This document shows, piece after piece, positions 56,820-64,000 of a stretch of DNA of 64,000 nt. The first letter of the stretch is position 1. Every line of letters starts with the position of its first letter. The DNA comes from an uncultured Pseudomonadales bacterium (GTDB lineage Bacteria > Patescibacteriota > Microgenomatia > UBA1400 > MFAQ01). A model generated the notes under the pieces. It saw only the letters and a program-made list of their open reading frames with translations. It had not been told where the DNA came from and did not search any database. The DNA lies in the NCBI GenBank assembly GCA_964513845.1, contig CAZENT010000002.1, positions 75,916 to 139,915 of the forward strand, written 5' to 3'. The translations under genes were made by a program, and so were the position numbers.

Positions 56820-58019
56820 TTAAATCTCCACCATCCCCAACACTTCCGGAATTCTCACACTTTTAGGTACAACTACAAACATAAGCCGCCTTTCAAAAAT
56901 ATACTTTTTGCTGCCATCAGGAAGATTATCGGTTCTGTCATCCCACCAACGATTCAAAAATTCATCCATCTCAAAATAACGATCATGTTCGGCATAGTGG
57001 CCATATGGATCCATCATGCGGATTTTATTACTCCCCCTATCCACATCAACCACCACACAGTAATGCCCATCGTCTCCGCGACATGCCGAGTCTTCTATGG
57101 CCACAGTTTCCTCGACATTTGTAATTCCTGTTTCATAATCACTACTTTCAAATATCCCCTGCCAATCAATTCCGACTGGATAGTTGTATTGACGCACCAT
57201 CCTTTCCAGATCATCAAGTGTTCCGTCTCGCTTTACCCACAGGCTCATCTCCGGATACAAAGTGTTAACTGCTTTTGCCAAAAGTTCTACCGACATTCCG
57301 TTTTCAATTACGTGTTTTCGGCTCGCCCCGGCCTCCACTATACTTTCTTGATCTGCTTGAATTCCAAAATGTGACAACAATATCTGAAGCACCGAAGGAC
57401 CACAATAGGAGCCATTCAACTGGCGCACTCTACCCAATTTTATGTCGCTTACCAAAACATCCTCTTTCGGTTCTTCAACGTCCGGTACACTTAGATCTCT
57501 CGCCCACAAACCATTACTTTCTTCATCAAAATCTCTTATCTTCACAAATCCTGATTTTTCGATTACCTTTATCGATGGCACATTTTCTTTTTCAATCTCC
57601 GCCAAAATTTTTAACTCTGGAGTGACAAACCAGGGTTTTTTCTCGCACAAATACTCAAAAACATATTTGCACACAATCTCAATCGCCGGCACGATGAGTC
57701 CCGAAGGCGCATCAAACCCTTTGGCATAACTTATTTCAAGGCAGTTTTCCAAGATTTTTGACGGATAGATATACACGAACCCTCTAACCCGTTCATCGGC
57801 AATGGCAAATAAAAAGCTCATTCTCTCACCTTTTTCGTCCATCCAGCTTCTGTAGTTACTGAAACTCAGATCAGTCACGTTTTCCATCCATCTTTGCACT
57901 GGAGGGCTTTCCACAATCGTCACTAAATCCTTCAAGTCATGGCTGTTGTCACAGTCAAAGAAACGCACCGCAAACCGATGCCCATCTTTTATGAAATACT
58001 GATTCTCGATATCTACCAT
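56820..58019 (-). CDS. GNAT acetyltransferase-like N-domain fused to a C39/papain-like cysteine peptidase (BtrH-like) C-domain
   Basis: The N-domain is paralogous to 59265..59951 (AVRFFD...DEKG...GFVYIY, ...PSIKVIEKSGFVKI). The C-domain has NGSYCGPSVLQILLSHFG (Q/C motif) and downstream DGHYCVVVDVD (His, Asp). Confidence 0.6.
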   Translation of the reverse strand: MVDIENQYFIKDGHRFAVRFFDCDNSHDLKDLVTIVESPPVQRWMENVTDLSFSNYRSWMDEKGERMSFLFAIADERVRGFVYIYPSKILENCLEISYAKGFDAPSGLIVPAIEIVCKYVFEYLCEKKPWFVTPELKILAEIEKENVPSIKVIEKSGFVKIRDFDEESNGLWARDLSVPDVEEPKEDVLVSDIKLGRVRQLNGSYCGPSVLQILLSHFGIQADQESIVEAGASRKHVIENGMSVELLAKAVNTLYPEMSLWVKRDGTLDDLERMVRQYNYPVGIDWQGIFESSDYETGITNVEETVAIEDSACRGDDGHYCVVVDVDRGSNKIRMMDPYGHYAEHDRYFEMDEFLNRWWDDRTDNLPDGSKKYIFERRLMFVVVPKSVRIPEVLGMVEI

Positions 58020-58049
58020 GCCCCTATTTTACCAATCATTTGCCAAATC

Positions 58050-59192
58050 TTATTTCCTGGCGTATTTTGAGAGCAAACTAGCCAGTACTTCATCAAAACT
58101 CACACCGTGCATCGCCAAAACTTCGGTCATTGGCAGTCCCATGTCTGGACCAAAAGCGGTATTGGGGTTTGAATCGGTGAAATAAGGAATGTTTGTCTCT
58201 TGGTCTACACGCACGTCAAACTTAGCGTAGTCCTTGTGCTGCAGCCCTCGAAAGGCACGAATTGCCAGTTGTGAGATCTTACTGGCCAAAGGTTCCTCAA
58301 CGTGCTTGTAGGTATAGGCTCTTATGTCTTCATAAGACTCAATACTGGTAAAATAGTGCTTCCCATCAGCCTTTTTTCTAAACACTTTTTGCCCCATATA
58401 CACGTTTTTCTTGGAACCATCATCAAAAACCACGACCGTTACTTCCGGACCATCAATAAACTGCTCCACAATCACCGGGATTTTGTAAGTCTGAATCATT
58501 TTATTCACCTTCTTCTGAGCCTCTACAATCGTCTCCTTGACCGCGTGGTTATCTATTCCCACACTTCCACCGCTTTCATTGAGCTTGACGATTAATGGCA
58601 GGCCCAACTCTGTTTCGACTTTTGTCTTGGCTCGACGAATAAACTGAAAGGCGGGAGTTGGAATACCGTAAGCCATGAGAAGCCTTTTGGTTAGGTTTCG
58701 ATTGTTTCCAATTACCATACCTTCCATCCCTGCGCCGGTATATGGCAAATTGGACAGCTCCAAAGCCGCCGGTACAGATGTTTGTAAACGATCTTTGCCC
58801 TTTAAGGTGTCCACCAAATTCAAAACCAAAGAAGGTTGATCCACAAGCAGGTTTGTCAAAAAATACGGGTCACCAGGTAAGGTCTTCGCCTTAATTCCCA
58901 TTTTTTCAATTCTCTCAGCCACTTCCTTAGCTCTATCTTCCACTTCAACCTCCGCATAATACGATTCTTCTGTCGGGAACATATTTCTTTCTACGTGTGA
59001 ATAGGCCACCACTACCAAACTCAATTTCTTTAAGGCATTCTTATCAATGCGCAATTTTGTTTTCTTATGCGCTTTCGGTGTTACGGACTCTTCGCTTTCT
59101 TGAGCAACAACTTCGCTTTCCTGAGATGCTTTCACTTCTATGTGTTCATCTTTTTTTGTAATCCCCAAAAAATCTTTTATTCCCATATGCAT
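58050..59192 (-). CDS. D-Ala-D-Ala-ligase-like ATP-grasp enzyme with ~60-aa acidic N-terminal extension
   Basis: GLPLIVKLNESGGSVGI, IPVIVEQFIDGPEVTVVVF and KFDVRVDQETNIPYFTDSNPNTAFG align with Ddl ATP-grasp motifs. It lacks the canonical N-terminal GGxSxEHEVS. Confidence 0.7.
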   Translation of the reverse strand: MHMGIKDFLGITKKDEHIEVKASQESEVVAQESEESVTPKAHKKTKLRIDKNALKKLSLVVVAYSHVERNMFPTEESYYAEVEVEDRAKEVAERIEKMGIKAKTLPGDPYFLTNLLVDQPSLVLNLVDTLKGKDRLQTSVPAALELSNLPYTGAGMEGMVIGNNRNLTKRLLMAYGIPTPAFQFIRRAKTKVETELGLPLIVKLNESGGSVGIDNHAVKETIVEAQKKVNKMIQTYKIPVIVEQFIDGPEVTVVVFDDGSKKNVYMGQKVFRKKADGKHYFTSIESYEDIRAYTYKHVEEPLASKISQLAIRAFRGLQHKDYAKFDVRVDQETNIPYFTDSNPNTAFGPDMGLPMTEVLAMHGVSFDEVLASLLSKYARK

Positions 59193-59264
59193 TCAGCTTA
59201 ACATTTACTCACCAGTAAAATCAACATCATAAATATTTAAAATATAAATCAAAGAAACAGAATA

Positions 59265-59951
59265 TTATAATTGTCCTTCCTTCTTCATCTTCATTATCTC
59301 CATCAACTTCTTGTGGTTTAAAACATACAAAGCACTCATCTCTGCAGAATCTTCTTCATAAAAATGTCTCCCCAGTCTTTCAAAACCACACGCTTCCACT
59401 ACCCGCATCGAACCCGTATTTGTTTCATCGATAAAACAAAAAATAAACACTCCGGTTCCTTCTTTAATCTTATCCAATCTGTGAACCTCCAAACAAGCCT
59501 GCCTCACCGCACTACTTATCTGTCCACCGGGAGCTTCGGGTAATTTAGCAAAGCTAATTTCAAATATTTTATTGTTATTTACCAAATTTGATTTTATTAT
59601 CTTTGCCCTCACCATTCTTTCAATGATCTTTCGCTCTTCAGCTCCGGCATAAAGATAAACAAAACCTTGCACCTGGCCAACCTCTTCCACTTCTTCTCCA
59701 AATATCTCTTTTGTTCCCGACACTGCAAATAAATAGTATCTTCCGTACGCCCCTTTTTCGTCAGCCCACTCAAACAAATCTTTTCTGGTCATATTTGCCA
59801 CGCTATCCATTCTTTCTTGTACTTCGCGGTGTTGCACTATTTTTCGGAGGCGAATCATATCTTCTTTGTTCCCAGAATCAAAAAAACGCACCGCGGCTTT
59901 CTCACCCTGATATCTTTTCAGTTTTAATTCATTTTTTTTCATATTCTTCAC
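59265..59951 (-). CDS. Stand-alone GNAT-fold protein paralogous to the N-domain of 56820..58019
   Basis: AAVRFFDSGNKEDMIRLRKIVQHREVQERM...DEKGAYGRYYLFAV...VQGFVYLY and C-terminal SMRVVEACGFERLG GNAT beta-strand. Confidence 0.55.
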   Translation of the reverse strand: MKNMKKNELKLKRYQGEKAAVRFFDSGNKEDMIRLRKIVQHREVQERMDSVANMTRKDLFEWADEKGAYGRYYLFAVSGTKEIFGEEVEEVGQVQGFVYLYAGAEERKIIERMVRAKIIKSNLVNNNKIFEISFAKLPEAPGGQISSAVRQACLEVHRLDKIKEGTGVFIFCFIDETNTGSMRVVEACGFERLGRHFYEEDSAEMSALYVLNHKKLMEIMKMKKEGQL

Positions 59952-60074
59952 TTTAGAATATCCCCTTTATTGCCGATAATCAATTCCTAGGAGTGGGTTT
60001 TTCTAAGCCTGTACCCTTTTGTGCTAGTTTGATATAATATACCCAGCTTGAACCTTAAATTTTCAGGAGGAAAA

Positions 60075-60593
60075 ATGTCTCAAGGATATGATGTAGTTTA
60101 TGAATACACGAAACATGTTGGAGGCTATGCTGGTGTTCGCTTCGTAATACCATATAGCAACAAAACCAATTTCAATAGAATTAACTCTATTCCCAATCGT
60201 CGAACGAACATTATCGCTCAAGGTGTTTCCGAAGAGCAGGCTTTAAACTTATGTGCCCTGACTCCGGAAATTTGCCAGCTCACCGCCATCATCGATGAAA
60301 TCTGCCACTCTCAAGACGGCCGTATAAATCAAAAATTGATTGTTCCCAATCTCGCTCAGGTCATCTCTACGATTGAGGAATATCGAGAGCGTCGCCAGGA
60401 ATATGATCTTCGCCCTACCCCCGGCTTTTCCTTTGTCGATATCGAAGCCCAAGAACCTTCTGAGAAGAAATCAATGTATCAATACATCAAGAATCGATTC
60501 TACCGGCCAGACGGCAATCTACCCGCAGATCTTCAAATGGTCAAGAAGATGATGACCATTGACTTGAACAAGATCGTTCTCTTCCGCATCTAA
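60075..60593 (+). CDS. Hypothetical protein (172 aa)
   Basis: ORF track. Start refined to MSQGYDV. Confidence 0.4.
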   Translation: MSQGYDVVYEYTKHVGGYAGVRFVIPYSNKTNFNRINSIPNRRTNIIAQGVSEEQALNLCALTPEICQLTAIIDEICHSQDGRINQKLIVPNLAQVISTIEEYRERRQEYDLRPTPGFSFVDIEAQEPSEKKSMYQYIKNRFYRPDGNLPADLQMVKKMMTIDLNKIVLFRI

Positions 60594-60679
60594 TAGAACA
60601 ACCAACCCCAAACCCTCCTTAATCGGAGGGTTTTTTACGCCCACAAGCTTCATTTTCTGCTAAAATACGGAGTAGCCAT

Positions 60680-60750
60680 AGGGGTGTAGTGAAGTGGTAT
60701 CACTACTGTCTCCAAAACAGTCATCCCAGGTTCGAGCCCTGGCACCCCTG
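60680..60750 (+). tRNA. tRNA-Trp (CCA)
   Basis: Acceptor AGGGGUG/CACCCCU, D-arm GUGAAGUGGUAUCAC, anticodon stem ACUGU/ACAGU with loop CUCCAAA, T-arm CCAGGUUCGAGCCCUGG. Overall very similar to E. coli tRNA-Trp. Confidence 0.85.
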
Positions 60751-61047
60751 CAAAATATGTCCTTCCTTTATGGGAGGACATTTTTGTACTCTTTCTACTC
60801 CCCTTCCATCTCAGCAATCTGATCCTCAATACTTCTTATCTGGCTCTGACATCCCAGGCAATCAGAACAGCCTTTGATTATGGATAAAAGGCTTTTTAGT
60901 GACTCCAGAGTCATCTCTGGCAGAAAATACTGTTCCATATCAATTTTGTCTTCACATTCTCTTTGCATTACAAAAGCATAGCAGAACCATAAATGAATTT
61001 GATATATAATGCCCCCAACGCACTCTCAAATTCTAAAAGGAGAAAAA

Positions 61048-61656
61048 ATGAACAAGTCGCCACGCTCTCCGAGAAAAAAAGTTCCCAAGCTCACACAGAT
61101 TCACAGACCAAACCTTTGCTACTATGTTCAGTCTGCCTTTGCTTCGCTTGGAGTCTACTTCATTGATCCTTCGACGCACGAATATGTAAATGGCTTACTC
61201 AACACCTCTGCTCTCTATCTCACTCTCATTCCTCCCCCAGTAAAGCGCAAGAAACACCCTCTTGGCTTTATTCCGCGCCCCACAGAAGAAAAAAGCGCCT
61301 GTCCTGATTGCATGCAGGCCGAAGCCTCTCTCTTTTTTTCCTACACAGGAGATGATTTGTTTTCTGGTGTAGATGAAGAAACCGGAGTAACGCACTTAAT
61401 CATTCAGGTCTGGCATGACGATGAAGTTGAAAAATGGGAAAAAATTGCTCAAAAAGCGGCAAGAAAACTGGGTCACTTTGAAGAAGACAAATTCGTTGCC
61501 CCGGTCTTTTTCACCCTCACCAGCACCTTTGTTCCATTCGACCCCAACGCTCCCCATCACATAATTCTTAGTCCCCCAGACTCAGACGATACATACGCCG
61601 TGTCCGACACGGTCATTCCTCAATCGGAAGATGAATTCGATGACGAGGATGAATAG
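61048..61656 (+). CDS. Hypothetical protein with acidic C-terminus (about 202 aa from MNKSPRSP)
   Basis: ORF track. No domain recognised. Confidence 0.4.
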   Translation: MNKSPRSPRKKVPKLTQIHRPNLCYYVQSAFASLGVYFIDPSTHEYVNGLLNTSALYLTLIPPPVKRKKHPLGFIPRPTEEKSACPDCMQAEASLFFSYTGDDLFSGVDEETGVTHLIIQVWHDDEVEKWEKIAQKAARKLGHFEEDKFVAPVFFTLTSTFVPFDPNAPHHIILSPPDSDDTYAVSDTVIPQSEDEFDDEDE

Positions 61657-61706
61657 CAGGACACGACATATCCTGCTTTCGTATTTGTTGTTCTGAATTT
61701 CTCCCT

Positions 61707-61736
61707 CAAACCCGCCATATATGGCGGGTTTTTTGT
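61707..61736 (+). terminator. Intrinsic terminator
   Basis: aaacccgcc-atatat-ggcgggttt hairpin followed by tttt. Confidence 0.75.
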
Positions 61737-61907
61737 GAAATATAGCCCCAATATTGAAAATTTTCTTTTTCTCACAAACACAAGTCCGTAGTCTATTCCC
61801 TTTTCGGCAGGATTACGCAAAGCGACAATACTCAGACAATGAAAATATATTGTATTCGCAATGCATATCCGATACAAAAAATATCGCGCAAAGCACAAGT
61901 GTACTCA

Positions 61908-61929
61908 CAGTCCTCGGTACTCACGGGGA
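61908..61929 (+). repeat. 22-nt motif CAGTCCTCGGTACTCACGGGGA, copy B, followed ~50 nt later by an intrinsic terminator (ggacggctttc...gaaagagcgtcc + TTTTTT)
   Basis: Exact match to copy A. Preceded by an extra GTACTCAC half-repeat. No plus-strand gene downstream before tsaC on the minus strand. Confidence 0.9.
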
Positions 61930-62052
61930 AAATTGCCTGGATTCTAGGTACTCCTAGAAAATTTTGCTGATAGAAAGGACGGCTTTCACGCAGGCGAAAG
62001 AGCGTCCGGTTTTTTGTATGGATATGCATGAGAGAATATAGGAAAAATATTT

Positions 62053-62658
62053 TCAAACCACCACCCTTACTTCCCCCTCCCTCAACACCCTAACTTCACT
62101 CCCCGTTGTGTCCACAATTGTCGATGGTTGCCTCAAAGGCAGCTCACCCGCATCAATAAACAAATCAATCAATTTTTGTTTGTCTTCAGGCACGGTGGCC
62201 AAAAACTCCGACAAACTTCTGGCTGTAGGCGCCCCGGAAATATTGGCTGAGGTTGAAGTAATTGGTTTTCCAAATGCCTTGATGATGTTTAGCACCTCCT
62301 TAATATCCGGATTTCGCAAACCAAGATTTTGAGTTTTTCCTTGCGCTTTTTTTCCAACCAAATTTTTGCTCACGGCTATCACAGCCACGGCCCCAGGCCA
62401 ATATTTTTGCACCACTTTTTTACCCGTTTCGTTAAAATCAACATATTTCTCCGCCATCTCAACTCCATCGACGGCTACCAATACCGGCTTATCTCCCCGT
62501 TCCCCCTTGAACTCCCACAACCTTTCCAAGGCCGTATCAGAAGTTGCATCTACACCTAGTCCGTAAACAGTTTCTGTCGGATAAACCATCAATCCTCCAC
62601 GAACCAAGACATCAACTACCTCCGCGATACTCAATTCAGCCAGTTTTACTATCTTCAT
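62053..62658 (-). CDS. tsaC: L-threonylcarbamoyladenylate synthase (TsaC/YrdC family; tRNA t6A37 synthesis)
   Basis: YPTETVYGLG motif and YrdC fold length (201 aa). Confidence 0.85.
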   Translation of the reverse strand: MKIVKLAELSIAEVVDVLVRGGLMVYPTETVYGLGVDATSDTALERLWEFKGERGDKPVLVAVDGVEMAEKYVDFNETGKKVVQKYWPGAVAVIAVSKNLVGKKAQGKTQNLGLRNPDIKEVLNIIKAFGKPITSTSANISGAPTARSLSEFLATVPEDKQKLIDLFIDAGELPLRQPSTIVDTTGSEVRVLREGEVRVVV

Positions 62659-63209
62659 TCATCAATATTACTCCCATCAATGTATCGCTTGAACCATTTG
62701 TTCCTAATCAAAAACTGTTTATTCTTTCTATATGCCATAACAGCTTCTTTGTCACCCAAGTCTTCCGCCAAAAATCCAAGCATCACTTCTTCAGACACAT
62801 ATCCGGTCAAACAAGTCATAGCCACAATCTGCGCCACCATACTAGCCAACATTACATTTTTTTCTTCTTGTCCATTGATTACAAAAATATTCTCTCCTGA
62901 GGCCAGATTTAGCATTCTTGGTCGATGATCTTTGGCAAACTCATTCTCATTTCCCTGCCCTGACTTAACCTGCACCAGTATTCCGTACACTCCCTGTTCT
63001 AGGCACATAAAATCGGCCAGTCGTTCATCAACAGGCACAAACATATCTACTCCGGCTCTATCTTCCGGGCTATTCATCTCCGTTTCGATAATTTCTCCAA
63101 CAACCCAAGGGCGAGAACGAAACAACTCGTATACATTACAGCACGACACTCTACTTCTCTCTTCTCCGTAAACATCTCTGGTTCCGGTTCTTTCTTTGCG
63201 TGGTGGCAT
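62655..63209 (-). CDS. Hypothetical protein (about 184 aa from MPPRKERTG)
   Basis: ORF track with start trimmed to the internal Met. No domain recognised. Confidence 0.4.
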   Translation of the reverse strand: MPPRKERTGTRDVYGEERSRVSCCNVYELFRSRPWVVGEIIETEMNSPEDRAGVDMFVPVDERLADFMCLEQGVYGILVQVKSGQGNENEFAKDHRPRMLNLASGENIFVINGQEEKNVMLASMVAQIVAMTCLTGYVSEEVMLGFLAEDLGDKEAVMAYRKNKQFLIRNKWFKRYIDGSNIDE

Positions 63210-63272
63210 TCTGCCACAGTTTAAATCATGTATCCCAAAATTTAAAGTATCAAATCTGCTAATATCAAAACA

Positions 63273-64000
63273 ATGCAAAAGATTGTAACTATTGGCGGTG
63301 GCACAGGTGCCTCCATCATTACTCAAGCTCTCTTGTTGGCTGGCTTCAAAAATCTCTCCTGTATCGCCGCTTCCATGGACTCAGGTGGCAAAACAGGCAT
63401 CATCCGCTCCGACGAACGCGACCAAGTCATCGCCATCTCCGATCTTCTCCGCACCCTTATCTCTCTCATCTCCAGCACCAACCACAAAAAGAACATCAAG
63501 GCTTTTACTGATCTTGTTTCTTTCACCGACGGTCGCCAGCGCAATCTTGGCTACACCATTTACTACGCACTTTTGGAGATGTACCAAAACGACTTCATGA
63601 AAGTCCAACAGCATCTAGAACATCTGCTGGGAATCAAATTTGATGGCACCGTCATTCCCGTGACCACAGACTCCAGTAACATTTGTTTTGAAACCAAAAA
63701 CGGCACGGTATACCACGGCGAACACGAACTCGACAAACAATCGATGTCCAAAAACACCATCAAGGATCTCTGGCTCGATCCGGATGTGCCTGCAACTCCC
63801 CAAGCTATCACTGCACTCGAAAACGCCGACCTCATCATTTACTGTCCGGGTAGTTTGTATGGCTCAGTAATCGCCAACTTCCTCCCCATTGGCATTACAG
63901 AGGCTCTCAAGGCCTCAAAGGCACAAAAAATCCTCATTACTAACCTCGTTTCCAATAGAAATCAAACTCATCACTTCACCCCGCAAAAATATCTCAAGGT
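63273..64000 (+). CDS. YvcK/CofD-like (UPF0052, 2-phospho-L-lactate-transferase fold) protein; C-terminus beyond the window
   Basis: MQKIVTIGGGTGASIITQALL (VxxGGGTG) and ...LIIYCPGSLYGSVIANFLP (GPGSLYTSI-like). The frame is open to the window end. Confidence 0.7.
   Translation, partial: MQKIVTIGGGTGASIITQALLLAGFKNLSCIAASMDSGGKTGIIRSDERDQVIAISDLLRTLISLISSTNHKKNIKAFTDLVSFTDGRQRNLGYTIYYALLEMYQNDFMKVQQHLEHLLGIKFDGTVIPVTTDSSNICFETKNGTVYHGEHELDKQSMSKNTIKDLWLDPDVPATPQAITALENADLIIYCPGSLYGSVIANFLPIGITEALKASKAQKILITNLVSNRNQTHHFTPQKYLK

Noticed and set aside
58050-59192. Calling the ATP-grasp gene the housekeeping ddl
   Set aside because: It lacks the N-terminal GGxSxEHEVS motif, carries a 60-aa acidic extension, and is embedded between GNAT/peptidase genes rather than mur/fts genes. 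Annotated as Ddl-like ATP-grasp instead.
1-64000. CRISPR arrays, transposases/IS elements, integrases, toxin-antitoxin pairs
   Set aside because: No regularly spaced direct repeats, no DDE/serine/tyrosine recombinase-like ORFs, and no obvious TA gene pairs were seen. The only mobile-element-like features are the homing-endonuclease ORFs and the tRNA 3'-end duplication.

Overview
This is a low-GC (about 40% by eye) bacterial chromosomal segment. Most of it is tightly packed housekeeping genes, the majority on the minus strand.

- **Housekeeping genes:** cysS (partial), recR-ybaB-dnaX, rsfS-like/ybeY/yqeY/rpsU, a HIT-family gene, rseP, frr, tsf-rpsB, folD-glyA, tmk, topA, mrdA-mreD-(mreC)-mreB, def-fmt, rpmB, rpmG and tsaC.
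- **RNA genes:** four tRNAs are present: Tyr-GUA, Thr-GGU, Thr-UGU and Trp-CCA.
- **Accessory-looking content:**
  - a tandem-duplicated ThyX
  - an ELP3 homolog
  - a LemA/TPM pair
  - an O-antigen-ligase+TPR protein
  - a 1798-aa Cys-repeat surface protein
  - a split LAGLIDADG endonuclease beside tRNAs
  - a cluster of a Ddl-like ATP-grasp enzyme with two GNAT proteins, one fused to a C39-like peptidase
- **Non-coding elements:**
  - a 185-nt element present twice with compensatory base changes
  - a roughly 550-nt GC-rich ORF-free block between mrdA and topA
  - a 22-nt motif found twice, bracketing the ATP-grasp/GNAT cluster
  - a 50-bp direct repeat of a tRNA 3' end plus terminator

The gene content and order suggest a reduced CPR/Patescibacteria-like genome. 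This is an inference. The pointers are no pyrH between tsf and frr, short Tsf and FolD, the giant surface protein, and many small membrane or zinc-ribbon proteins. No CRISPR array or classical transposase was seen.
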